NCBI GenBank assembly: GCA_002633005.1
Contig: NMRA01000229.1
Coordinates: 107,371 to 171,370 of the forward strand
DNA from: Phoronis australis
Lineage: Eukaryota > Animalia > Phoronida
Direction: 5' to 3'
Length of the DNA: 64,000 nt
Shown: one piece after another, positions 1 through 12,829 of the stretch
Layout of the letters: every line of letters starts with the position of its first letter
Position numbering within the stretch: the first letter of the stretch is position 1
Notes under the pieces: model-generated
Told to the model about the DNA's origin: nothing
What the model saw: the letters and a program-made list of their open reading frames with translations, nothing else
Database searches by the model: none
Position numbers and translations under genes: made by a program

Positions 1-2365
1 GAGTTCTTAATTTTCTTAGATCTGCCCAATCAGATAGAACTGCGTTTCAAGTCATTCACTATAGGCACTCGAGGGTTCAAATTGGAAGCTCGCGCCGTAT
101 GACGTCATATGACGTAGACGACGCGAGCCTCATTTGCATATATTAGTGACATCTGTTGGTTCAAAAAAGAGGATCATGCCCGAGTACATGCCTGGGAAGA
201 GGCATCTTTTGGAAGGGTAAAACAAGTCATGTTCAAAGCATCCCAGTGCCATTGATATGAAGTCTTTGGGGACAAAAGTGGTGTCATTTTATAGCTAAAG
301 AGTTAAGCTTTCAAACACAATGCTTGGATTCCAGACTACTTTAACATTTACTTTTGAAATCACCTTTGAAAATACGTTAAAATGCGCTAAAACAGTTGTC
401 CCTTCCTGGTTATCTCTTCCTGGTTTTATTAAAGAGGCAGCGCCTTCCCATTTTTGCACAGATTTGACACATTCTCTACTACCCAGCGGTCGTTGTTTAA
501 ATTTTTCGAGTCCATTTTTGTTTTGGTGTCCGTGTCTCTATCCACCAAATCACTCAAAAATTCCCTAGTGAGAAAATTGGCAGATCAGCGGCTGACTGAT
601 TCTTGAATGGGTTTGACTTATTTGGTACCCATTTCCCATTTTCATCCACGCATGTATCTCCCCTTTTCAGTATCTTTGTGAAACTTGGTAGAGACCAATC
701 CAACTGCTGTTGTGCCCCCTAGTGACATATGTTTGATTCTGTATCTTCAGAGTTCAATGATGGACTTTTCATTGAATTTGGCAAATAGCTTACCAATAGG
801 AGACCAGATCCAAAAATGAGCTAGACTAGATATTCGAGGTACCAACCAAAACTGATTTAAAACGAACAATAGTACCGCACTGAACCCCAAATGACCCATG
901 ACAGACAAATTGCACTCTGGAATGGGTCCGGCAGAAACCAAAAAGGGACCCCCCAAAAATGAGCTAGCACATACATACGAGGTACCACACAAAACCAATT
1001 TCATATGATTCAATACATGTCACAGATCACTAAATGCCCTATGACAGACAAACTACACTCTGGATTGTGCCCGGCAGAAACCCCCAAAAATTTCAACCAC
1101 GGTATGCCATCAAAAATTTGAGCTAGACTAGATTTTCGAAGTACGAGCCAAAACTGATTTTAAACGAACAATAGTACCGCACTGAACTCCAAATGACCCA
1201 TGACAGACAAATTGCACTCTGGAATCGGTTCAGCAGAAACCAAAAAAGGACCCCCCCCAAAAAAATGAGCTAGCACATACATTTGAGGTACCACACAAAA
1301 CCAATTCCATGAGGTTCAATACATGTCACCGGTCACTAAATGCCCTATGGACAGACAAAATACACTCTGGATTCTGGATTGTGCCTGGAAGAAACCCTCA
1401 AAAATCTCAACCACAATATATGCTATCAAAACTTTGAGGTACATTAAATACTCGAAGTACCGGCTTCCACACAAAACCAATTCCATGAGGTTCAATACAT
1501 GTCACCGGTCACTAAATGCCCTATGACAGACAAAATACACTCTGGATTCTGGATTGTGCCTGGTAGAAACCCTCAAAAATCTCAACCACAATATATGCTA
1601 TCAAAACTTTGAGGTACATTAAATACTCGAAGTACCGGCTAAAACTGACTTAAAACCAATAATCCACCAGATGACCATGACAGACAACAAATTGTGCTCT
1701 GGAAGGCGTTCGCCAGAAAATCAATTACACCGTAAAAGAAGCTAAGCCATCATTCGGGTTACCACAATAAACAATTCCATGTGATTCAAATACAGGTAGA
1801 TGTCACTGGTTAACAAATACGCTTTGACAGTTAAAACCCAGTGTGGGTATTGCTCGCCAGCCCCAGAAATCTCAACTACCGGTCAGTAATTTTGAATATA
1901 TATGACATATTAGATAATGAGCTTATACTTTTGCGTCTACTGAGCTCTCACACTGGATGTCAAATGGATGATGGCGGAGAGTAAACATTTTGGAAAGTAC
2001 CTGATAACAGTAAAACTTTGGGATACCAGGAACTTAGTGAAGTTTAAGAAAGCAGATTGTGTAAAATATAAAACGCTATCAAAACTGCCAGCAGAAAGGT
2101 ACGTCAACGACAACACATGGACCCTAAATTTGCGTTAGATCGAGGAACCACGAAAATTATTTCCAAGGAGCCCTTTCATCTCATTGACTACTAAACAATA
2201 CGTTGAAAGAAAGGTAACAGACGTGTTTTTAAAAACCTTGATTAATCACAATAAACTACAAGAAATAGAGCAACACTTTCAAACAGCATAGTAACAGATG
2301 GTCATAATCACTGTATCAAGCTACATATTATATGTTTAATGTCAACAGTAGTTTCCTGTTAGTTT

Positions 2366-2713
2366 TTAATACGTTTCAATATCAGATTCGTCACTGCTAC
2401 TCCAGCTTGATTCGGGCTCGCTTGTTTCGTCATAACCCATTTCCTTTACCTTTAGATCGGCTTGGTTTTCTTGTAAAAGACCAGCACCTTCAAAAAGGAC
2501 ACCAGGAACGGCAGATCCACAAACCCATTCGGGAGTATAGTATCCATCTTGTACCTTCCAACCGTAGGTAAGAGGATCCAAACCGTTTCCCGGATCGGCC
2601 GAATCCTCTTGGTCTCAGAGCAAGGCAACATAATGAGCTCGTTTGAGCTTGTTCAATAGTGTCTATCGGCAAGGAGGAAGCAATAAGCAGTCAATCTTCT
2701 TGATGTTGGACAT
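2366..2713 (-). pseudogene. 3' fragment of a transposon protein (LPPC...RAxYVA..W...DPxxxGW...PxW motif, as in XPG-type Academ proteins)
   Basis: One frame reads MSNIKKIDCLLLPPCR*TLLNKLKRAHYVALL*DQEDSADPGNGLDPLTYGWKVQDGYYTPEW followed by an acidic tail. In-frame stops at 2663-2665 and 2615-2617, the latter at the expected Trp. Confidence 0.7.
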
Positions 2714-2776
2714 CGGAGAAAACTTTATTGACGAGGGACCAATTGTCTAAACGCTGACGAACAAAAACATAAAATC

Positions 2777-3166
2777 CATGCGCTCACCCAGCCTCTAGTT
2801 TTGGGGGGGGCTCGAATTTCTGACCAAGTGGACCTTTTGCTAACAGAAAAGCTGGAGGACTAAAAAAATGGGCTACCACCTTCAGTACTGTGAACTGTGC
2901 GTCTGCGCCTTTTTAGTGGACTTTTGTCTCGTTTCCACGGACTGTTTGTTTCTCTGAGGCGGACCTTTTTGCCCACTTCGCCAAATGGAGGGGCTCGTTC
3001 GAGCCCCCCGAGCACCCCTGNACTGTGAACTGTGCGTCTGCGCCTTTTTAGTGGACTTTTGTCTCGTTTTCACGGACTGTTTGTTTCTCTGAGGCGGTCC
3101 TTTTTGCCCACTTCGCCAAATGGGGGGCTCCTTCGAGCCACCCGAGCCCTCCTGGGTGCGCGCATG
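2777..3166. mobile_element. CATG-ended MITE (family A), partly duplicated across n3021
   Basis: TIR CATGCGCTCACCCAG / CTGGGTGCGCGCATG; 5-bp direct repeat AAATC on both sides. Confidence 0.75.
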
Positions 3167-6100
3167 AAATCTCACCGCAATTTACTGTTTTTTGACGTGA
3201 AACTGGGCATTTTGGTTTAACACTATGAAAACATTTGAAATTATTTTCGTTGCTTTTATGAACTATATTTTATCAATTACATTTATTACCTTGTTCATTT
3301 TTCCGGTCGTCTCTATTAATTTCAGATATCGGCGCCTCATTGACATCTTTGACTCCTCCCTTCATTAAATAGGAGGCATATGTCTTCTTCTAACTTTCTT
3401 CCGTCTGGGACATCTACGCTTATTAACTCTGAGAAGAAGCTGATAAAGTGTCCCAGATGAGTTTTTCGTCAGGATTTCCAGAGGCCTCTCTTTGCCTTTC
3501 CTAAACAGTGCTGCTGTGACGTCACACCCTGTCATTCCATGCAATTTTCAGGCAATGCTGCAGCAAGACCCCTTGTTACCGAAACACATCGTTGTTTATA
3601 TATTTATTTAAATAGCATTGGGACTCCACCGCGTGGCTGCGCACCAAATTAGGGGTGATTTGTATTTTATCACGGTAGACATTATGTCGGCCATCGGCAA
3701 ATGACTCCGCGAAACTAAAACATTGCAAACACANACTCCTCCCTTCATTAAATAGGAGGCATATGTCTTCTTCTAACTTTCTTCCGTCTGGGACATCTAC
3801 GCTTATTAACTAATTTGTATTTTATCACGGTAGACATTATGTCGGCCATCGGCAAATGACTCCGCGAAACTAAAACATTGCAAACACAATACACTACACT
3901 GAATTTCGACTTCATGTAAAAATTTCTTCAAAAAGTTACAACTAGGCGAGTTAACCGCCTTACATCTTGACACCCGTCTGCTTTTCGCTTGTAGTGATCA
4001 TGAGAGTAAACACAAGCTTTAGTGAACGAAAGTTTTTTATAATTAGTTGTTGTTTCCTGCGGTCCCGCTTTTTGCAGTTAACTTATTAAGTACACAGCTT
4101 TTGTCACCAATTGTGTACTTCGATTTTCGTGGTGCACTTTTTAATATCTTGTTATCCAGTTGTTTGGATTTCCCACCCGAGTACTTGAACTAGCAGGGGA
4201 AAGCTGCATGAACGATTGTACCTCCATTTTTTAAGGTCCTTTCTGGGTTTTTGGCAGACCATTTCCGAGTAAAATTTGTCTTTCACGGGTCATTGGGTTT
4301 TCAGTGTAGCACGATTGTTGGTTTTAAATCAGTTTAAGCCGATACCTTGAAAATCTAACTGTCTCAAAAATGGCAAACCGTGGTTGAGATTTTTGAGGGT
4401 TTCTGCCGGGCACAACCCAGAGTGTATTTTGTCTGTCATAGGGCATTTAATGACCTGTGACATGTATTGAATCATATGGAATTGGTTTTGTGTGGTACCT
4501 CGAATGTATGTGCTAGCTCAGTTTTGGGGGGTCCTTTTTTGGTTTCTGCCGGACCCATTCCAGAGTGCAATTTGTCTGTCATGGGTCATTTGGTGTTCAG
4601 TGCGGTACTATTGTTCGTTTAAAATCAGTTTTGGCCGGTACCTCGAAAATCTAGTCTAGCTCATATTGTCTTTCACAGATCATTGTGTTCGGTGCAGCAC
4701 GATTGTTGGTTTTAAATCAATTAAACAGGTACCTTGAAAATCCCAAAAAATGGCATACCATGGTTGAGATTTTTAATGGTTTCTGCTGGGCACAATCCAG
4801 AGGGTACATGTATTTTGTCTGTCATGGGGCATTTAGTGACCATCGACATGTATTGAATCACATGGAATTGTTTTTTGTGGTACCTCCAATGTATGTGCTA
4901 GCTCATTTTTGGGGGGGTCCTTTTTTGGTTTCTGCCGGACCCATTCCAGAGTGCAATTTGTCTGTCATGGGTCATTTGGTGTTCAGTGCGGTACTATTGT
5001 TCGTTTTAAATCAGCTTTGGCCGGTACATCGAATATCTAGTCTACCTCAAATTTTTGATGGCATACCGTGGTTGAGATTTTTGGGGCTTTCTGCCGGGTA
5101 CAACCCAGAGTGTATTTTGTCTGTCATAGGGCATTTAGTGACCAGTGACATGTATTAAATCACATGGAATTGGTTTTTTGTGGTAGGCCTACCTCGAATG
5201 TATGTGCTACCTCATTTTTGGGGGTCCTTTTTTGGTTTCTGCCGGACCTAGTCCAGAGTGCAATTTGTCTGTCACGGGTCATTTGGTGTTCAGTGCGGTA
5301 CTATTGTTCGTTTTAAATCAGTTTTGGCCGGTACCTCGGATATCTAGTCCAACTCATTTTTGACCCCTTTGTAAGACCCCCAGGGGTCACACCCAGAGTG
5401 CAGACAACGGCAGACGTCCATTTCTGTAAATACTGGGGTAGACTCTAATTGCTTCCGTGGTCAGATGTTGGTACCTCATTCGTCTATGCTAAGTGCTCTG
5501 GGCTGCCGGTCTATTACGGAAGCCGGGGAATTTACAGAATAAAACTTGAAATTTTAAATACTAACGAGGTTTTAAAACATCGGTAACACAAAGCAATGTG
5601 AACATGTGACCCACGCATTGCGTAAACGGTCATATAAGCTATTGCAATGAAGACAAAATTCCTAATGCTTTGGCTGAAATTCTCACAGAGTGCTGCTAGG
5701 GCCTGGGAAGTTTTGCCGGCTAAGTCGAAAAGACAATCACTGAAATGTTTACAAAATGATATTACATTGGCGGAGTTAGGGGGGCAGGGAGGTCACCCCT
5801 CCCCCTTGGCTGTCGCATAAAAAATAAAACAAAAACAGCGTGAGGAATTACTGAGTTTACTAACTAACGTCGGTAATCAACATACGGCCGGAGGGATCAG
5901 AACCGCATTGCAAGTGTCTGATCGAGACCGCCCGTTTTTTTTTTAATTTAGTACCCCGACTGTGTTTTACTAGAAAGTCCACATCCACGAAAATCCGACG
6001 TTTCGACGTTCTCGCATGAAATCGTGCTTTGTGCGTTTGACCAATTCGGAGACAAATTATTGCCCCCCGCCTTTATGATATCCCAGATCCGCCTCTGTAT

Positions 6101-8218
6101 TATACAGTGATTAGCCTTTGTCGTCGTTATAATTGTATAGCACCTATTTTTCAGTTTTTTATAAACCGACAAGACGGATCAGCTATCAAGGGGGCCGCTC
6201 CTCCGGCGCTCCATCACATCACTGCGTTCCCAGTTCTAGAATGGGTCTAAAAATTCCTTAACCCGACGCCACTTGATTTATTCTAAAAAAGATTTGAGGC
6301 ATGCGTTCGTGCGAAACACTAACACTATGTAGAAAAAAGTAATAGAAATCCATGGAAATCTATGAGCATGCAAACAGGAGTATGACCAATGGAACCGTAC
6401 ATGTTTGGGTACATATGCATATTCGGAATTCAGGACATAGGCCAGTTTGAATAAAAGTTGGGAGCAAAATTTTGAAAAACGATAGAGTTAAAGAAACTGA
6501 TATGTTAATATAAAGTATTTCAATGAAAAAAGAAGAATGCACGACACCACAAACACTCTGTACTGGTTGGTAAGACAAGCACATATACATTGGTTAGCCG
6601 TGTGTGCTTGTGAACACCACTGCTTGGGCGGCTGAAGTGTGCGTTTATCCAGACCCAATTTCCCGAAAGGTGATTGGAATTGTCCACTTCAGGTTATACA
6701 AAGGAATAATAATTACATTAATATGCAGACGTTTTTTCAGAAAGTAACACGCATGTAAGGCGTGCTGAGGTGTCTCAAGGAAAATTACAGTAACTTCTGT
6801 GATACGCTACTTTTCTTTAACTATCTAGTATTTCTTGTCCTAGTGCCTAATTTGTATTAGCGTGGTGAACTGGTAATTTTTATAGTTTGAAACAACATGG
6901 TCTCACAGTTCAGACAGTTGTGGCATAGACTCTGTTGTGAAACAACACGCCGCGGAACTAGAGTTTTAAAAAGGCAATCACATCATTAATTTTTACACCA
7001 ATCAATGTACCTGTTTTATCCGACCATGATGTGCGGAATAGCAGATTTTTTCTTTAAATAACAAGCACTCTTCCATCTGATTGGCTATCCAGAACGAAGA
7101 CAACAAAATGCTGACACAGAAACAACACATTGAGATACTGTAACCATTTCAGACAATAAAGTTTTCATTTATTACAAAATATACTTATTTCAAAGTATCA
7201 CCATCACGCAGTAAAATCACACCGTGACAGTAAAAGGGAAATGTCTAGCTGGAACAAAGTTAGTGTACCGTACTGGTACATGCACTCCACTTCAGCAAAA
7301 CTCAGATTTCAACCAACTCTAATTTAATCCCTCAATTCAGCTGGTTCTGAAATTTACTGGCACACGAATATGTTGCTAGGTATATTTGTATTGACAACAC
7401 TCCGCAACAAAATAAATATGACAAAACTCAACGGTCATAAACTCTAACTGCCCTGTCCTACATACCCAGGCATGAAACACTGTAAGTATCAGAAGACCAT
7501 AAACAGGACAGAATGTAAAAATGATGGTTTTCCTCAAGTAAGACAGTTGCAGATTTTAATAGCTTGCCAGGCTACATAACATTTGTCCCATCTCTTGAAA
7601 TCTACAAAAACAACCCATCTACCGTCTCAATATGATATTGTGGAGTGTAGCATTCTTGGGGTATCCCTTCCTCCTATCCTGTTCTATTCTTAGTAGCCTG
7701 GCTATATTAATAAATCTTCGAATTGGTGTCCACTCTGTAAAAATGCACAGCTATTAATCTTGTAGTCACTTTTTGTGTTTCTTCGTTGCTAAACTCCGAT
7801 ATCTTGGTCACTAAACCCTTAAAGACATATCGGACTAGGAAGGAATGTTAAGTAAAAGCCCATGAAACATCGACTTAAGTGAGTGTTCTAGGGACCAAAT
7901 TAAGTTGAACTATATTGTTTCATTTTATTTCAGTTTCAATTTTTAAACCTCGAAAGAAAAAAATTACATCACTGATTCTGGGTCTAATCTTTATACAAGA
8001 ATTCAAACTTGATGTTTTATTTTTTATGTTTTCTGCTATAAGTGAAGACGATTTGATTCTGTGCTCAAGCATGAAATGATTTTCAAAAAATCCTAGTTTG
8101 AACTTGATGATACTATCATAAAAGCTATGAGTTTTTACTTGAAATCTCGTGTTGTTACCAATATTGGTTCCTAGATACTACACAGTACACATGCATCTCC
8201 ACTAACATGGTTCATCAG

Positions 8219-8362
8219 CAAGATGGCGGACCACTCCGCTCAACGAAAACCACGTGACTTCAACTCTAGTTATATTTATCTCATTGGTTCTGAGCACAGT
8301 CTTTTGTCTGTTATGACAACAGGCAGGCCAATTACCTACCAGGCTTATTACAGACCACGTGT
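8219..8362. promoter_or_regulatory. Promoter-like motif cluster (YY1, two E-boxes, two CCAAT boxes)
   Basis: CAAGATGGCGG 8219-8229, CACGTGAC 8251, ATTGG 8283, CCAAT 8328, CACGTG 8356. No linked exon found. Confidence 0.3.
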
Positions 8363-8956
8363 GAACACCGTCAAACCCAAAGTGAAGTGGTACATTCGGA
8401 AAGAATAGATTATCGTAACTTCGGTTGCAGTTGGGCGATTTTGGCGATTCAAAAACTAAACATCATCACCATTTGACGAGGACTTCAGAAATGCTACTGG
8501 TTTATGATCAGATATGTTATAACTTAACCTTTATTTTTAACAGCAAAAACAGCCCAGTCAGTCTAGATACGATCTTATAAGATTAGAGCAATTATCGAAC
8601 AAAAGAGAGCTGGCCCTCCAACCATAAATGCCAGACTGGAGTTAATCAGTCGTGTAAGACATTGCTTACAGGGGTGATCTTCCCCACTTGTTATTGGGCT
8701 ATAGAAGCGAACAAGTTGGGAGCAACGGAAAAATGCCGCAATGTTGAGGTAGCGCCTTTTCGGAGTGCATCTTTCTACTGTCGATGACTTTTGTTAACGA
8801 TACTAGGAATGACGGCATAGTTGCACTCGCGCTTTTGTACCCGGACTTGGTCTCGTATAAGATGACGACCAAAAAAAAAAAACGTCAGAACTGCGTGTTT
8901 GAATTGGGAGAGTGGTATTAATTTTTATGTTTTCCAATAGTATTACGAGCGCTTTA

Positions 8957-9215
8957 CATTTGCGCACCCAGCCTAAAATATTGAGGGGCTTATATTTTTC
9001 ATTATGTGGACCTTTTACTGAAAAAACAGCGACTGAAGAAACGGGGTACTACGTTCAGACCTATGACTTGTGCATTCGTGCCGAATTCCTGTGGACTTAT
9101 GTCTCGATTTCTCGGGCCTTTTGTTTCTCTGAGGCGAATATTTTTGCCCACTTCGCCAAATGGTGGGCTCGTTCGAGCCCTTCGATCCCCTCCTGGATTC
9201 CTGGATGCGCGCACG
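8957..9215. mobile_element. CATG-ended MITE (family A)
   Basis: TIR CATTTGCGCACCCAG / CTGGATGCGCGCACG; TSD CTTTA at 8952-8956 and 9216-9220; internal similarity to 2777-3166. Confidence 0.75.
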
Positions 9216-12200
9216 CTTTATTCGCAAATTGGAGAGGCCTCAGTGGAGTCAATGGATATCGTTGTACATAGTTAGCATTTTCTGCAGTGCATTATAAATG
9301 TTGAAATTGACACCAAGTCCAAAGTCAATCACAGTCTTTCATACTACGCTAAAACAAATTTATTCCTAAAAAGAACCATTATTTTATATGAGAGTCACAG
9401 CCGAAGTAACAGGTGCTGTGCACGTGACTGGGTGACCTACTTTTTCCATATACGGCAGACACAGAGCAAACTCGAATCACCCAATAATCTCGGAATTCGC
9501 AAAAAGTTGACGTATTTCGAGGCTTTTATTTTCATGTTAAGTTAGTCATTGAATACGTAACCACCATTAGACGAAACATTTCATTTTTTTCTCGTGAAGT
9601 TTGCACTTCATTCTCGTGCATCAATGTACGCCGATCGGCAAAGGCGCACTTTTTCATAATTCGTTCGAGATGCAACGAAACAATGCAAAAAAATTAAGGA
9701 AGTTTGCGCCTACTGTTATCTGGCTCGCATGTCCAACGACATTGGTGGCATTTACATGTACATGTATATGGCAGGTCAGTCGGCGGGTATCATTGTTTCC
9801 TCGTGCATGTTCTCCTATTACAAAATGGCTGCTCTGTCGAATACACTTTGACTGAGAGTGCCGCTTTAACTTCCACGTCCACAACTAGCTATAGGCAGAG
9901 CCGTAGGAAGCGGGGGTGGGGCACGTGCCCCCCAAAACTTTTCAGGCGTCAGGGTTCAACCGTGGCAATCGACATAGACTTTGACAATCGAGAAAAGAAA
10001 GAATGTGAAATGCTGATAAGAGAGAAAATCAAGAGAACATTCAACAACTCTGTATCAGTGCATGGTTTACATTTTGATGATCCTGGCAAGGACATTGTTG
10101 TTAGGGTCTCCGCTTTTGCAGCACAGGTCGTCTAAACGCACTTGAAAATGTGAACGTAATCATTTATTTAGATATTTTAAAAAGTCGAGAAAATTTGTAA
10201 AGCAAAGCTTTGGCGGAGCGTATTGCTTGACTGGATTTTTAAATTCAGAAAGTCAATTTTGCGAATGCATAACATATTTTCCAGAGGCCCCTGGCTAGCA
10301 AGAGATAACGGAGACAACTGTCGCTTTAATTTGTTCTCGAAATTGTATATTACTTGAGGAAAATTGATGACCTGACAAATAACATCACTTGCTGTGCAAT
10401 TCCGGATTTTTGAAAACGGGTTCCGCTCTTGAAAGACAGGGGCTGATCCAGGATTTTGAGTTGGGGGGGGGGGGGGNNNNNNNNNNNNNNGGGGGGGCAG
10501 AGCACAGGAATAACCAAAAATTTCGCCACATGCGCGCGTCCAGCCTAAATTGTAGTGATGCTGGGGTATCGAATTTTTGGGTTTGTGGACCTTATTACTA
10601 AAAAAAAGAAAAACGGTACACGGTATTTATTCAAGGCCTATGCATGGCATTCAAGTGGGTACCTTTTTGTGTTTTTATTGACACATTTTTAAGGATTCGC
10701 TCACGGAGAGAGGGAACAATGTTTGAATCGATTACCTCTACTTTCCTGTTTTTGTGAAATCGTGCAACCGGCTTTCATGCACTGTCTGGCGTGACCATAC
10801 GCCGGTGGAATGAACTGTCACTCTTTTTCCAAGCTTAATGATGTTTAGCCTTTCATCTTAAGGTGTCCATTTCAGACGGGACCCTCTCTCGGTGAAGCAG
10901 ATCGGGGAAAATGTCCCTTTTGTCCCTCTATACATGTAAATCCGACACTGCCAAGTACTCACGAGGAAGTTGAGATTCCAAATTGAACAAAAACATAAAA
11001 CATTCGTGCACACCACAGCACTATCAAGACATTCGACCCAAACAACCAAAAATGTGAAAACATACAATAGGATTAACTGCCATCGAAAGGGTGGAATTTT
11101 GAAGAACGTGAAGACCACTATTTTTGTGAATTACATAGGAGTACTATTTCCGATGGTTGGTTATAAGAAATGCTACTGTTACCCATAGTACCACATTAAA
11201 AGAGTAGTATGTTTTTGAAGACGGTTACTACGAGTTGTTTGTAAGGAATTTCCGTCCCACCGCTTAATACTGCCCTGCGAAACGTTTGACCATAATTACC
11301 AATAAGTTTACCATGATCAGTTCCATATTTGGAGACTTCAAAACGCCATATTCATATGGCGAAACTGTCAATTTCTTTTTTTATTGTAAGTAGAGTGGTT
11401 TGTTTAACGAAATAAATTATCTACTATATAAACTGAATCGTTTGCACAAACTCCGTCTCCCCCGCTCCACTACAGACCTTCGTTGCGCCCGTTTAGGCAC
11501 CGCCTTGGTCCCAGGTTTTGCACTGGCCCCCTATTTGGATTCGAGGTGTTCTATTTTTTTCTTGCAGACCGTTTTTTCGCAGACGCGAAGGGAGGGTGGC
11601 CAATTTCATACTGGCCTTGGTGACGTCAGTTCGTCAGCTTAATGGCCTGCGTGACGTCACTCTGTTGGCTTAATTTCACTCCTTCCGGCTTCTGACAAGT
11701 GCACAATTCATCTGGCGTGTCGCTGCCAAAATTAATGATGCCTCATTAAAAAATCCTTACTCTTCCTTGAGTAAATTAAATTATTTACCTTGGTGTTGGA
11801 AAATTGGCGTTCTTCAGTTATTCTCCTGCTAAAATTGTTATGCGCTCTTTGGGCGCCATCTGTTTGCGTCACCTGTTATTCAGTCAAATGTGAGGTTGCG
11901 TACATGTCATAACAATCGCAAGTGGTTTCATTTCATTACAAGTTTTTGCTATTTATGATCAGAAAACCCAATTTCAGAAAAAAAACTCTCGAGAAATATC
12001 GCAAAATTTTCGAAAATGGCGCATACGTGCGGGTGCCAGCCCACAAGTATGCACTGTTTTCAAAACGGTCACAGATTTCCTTTGTTACAAAAGGCGGAGA
12101 ATTACGAAAAATAACGTTTATTAGATTGTCTTTTTACTTCTTTAAACGGCTGAAACGGGCAAGGTGAATGTCGCTTCATTCCCAGATTCTGCATGCACCC

Positions 12201-12829
12201 TCGTTGTCAGCTCTAAGTTTCATGACCAGGTGACAAGCTGAGCACCGGGGTTCGGTGATGATTTCGGTGTCTAGCCGGAGCTCTACACACACTAGCTACC
12301 TAGCTGTATGTTGACGATAGTCTTCATACAGATAGCTGGCTTCTACCTCAGTATGTATATTTATGATTCAACTTTTGTAATATACTGTATTTTAAATGCA
12401 TTATTAGTTTTCACTTTAAAGAATATTACTGTACGTTGTGTTATGGGTCAAATGTTCTGGAAATAAATTTGTACTGCCTGGGGAAAGAATCCCGCAGCCG
12501 CACACCTTGCCTACTAAAATCTGACAGTGACTGAAATTCTGCTTGAAGCTTTGAACACGGCCTTTTAAAGAAGTATTCCTGTCTCTTGCGATGAACACTA
12601 ATGCTCACTATTAGCCTAAGTACTGTATCCATTACCCTCTGCGCTTCGCACTAGCTTTCGCACGGGTAAGTCTAGTATATTTATTCATGAATTTCAGAGT
12701 TTGTTAGTGTTAGTGCCAACACTCAACACTACATGTGTAAGTTTTCATAAAGCAAAGGTTTTCGTAATGGAGACTCGGCCTTTTATGGTCAAATTTCGCG
12801 TTTTCCAAATATTGAAAGGTATTTTAGTT

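Larger units (their letters stand above)
808..5513. mobile_element. Academ-like non-autonomous DNA transposon relic with long inverted arms of tandem ~150-bp units
   Basis: 808-~1870 and ~4230-5360 are reverse complements built from alternating A/B units that share GAGGTACC, CATGACAGACAAA, CACTCTGG and CCGGCAGAAACC. The right terminus ...CCGGTCTA (5513) matches the terminus at 32201. The left terminus is missing. An internal pseudo-ORF lies at 2366-2713. The family assignment is inference. Confidence 0.6.

Noticed and set aside
808-1790. Regularly spaced repeats as a CRISPR array
   Set aside because: No unique spacers, no cas genes, eukaryotic spliced context.
4685-5158. 157-aa hydrophobic ORF and similar ORFs at 747-1526 and 31848-32039
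   Set aside because: Chance frames through the ~150-bp repeat units of the transposon arms.
10461-10497. Poly-G tract as a G-quadruplex element
   Set aside because: Part of a MITE end and interrupted by a gap; length unknown.
11620-11700. Two TGACGTCA (CRE) sites plus an ETS-like motif
   Set aside because: No associated exon; such motifs are common in repeat interiors.
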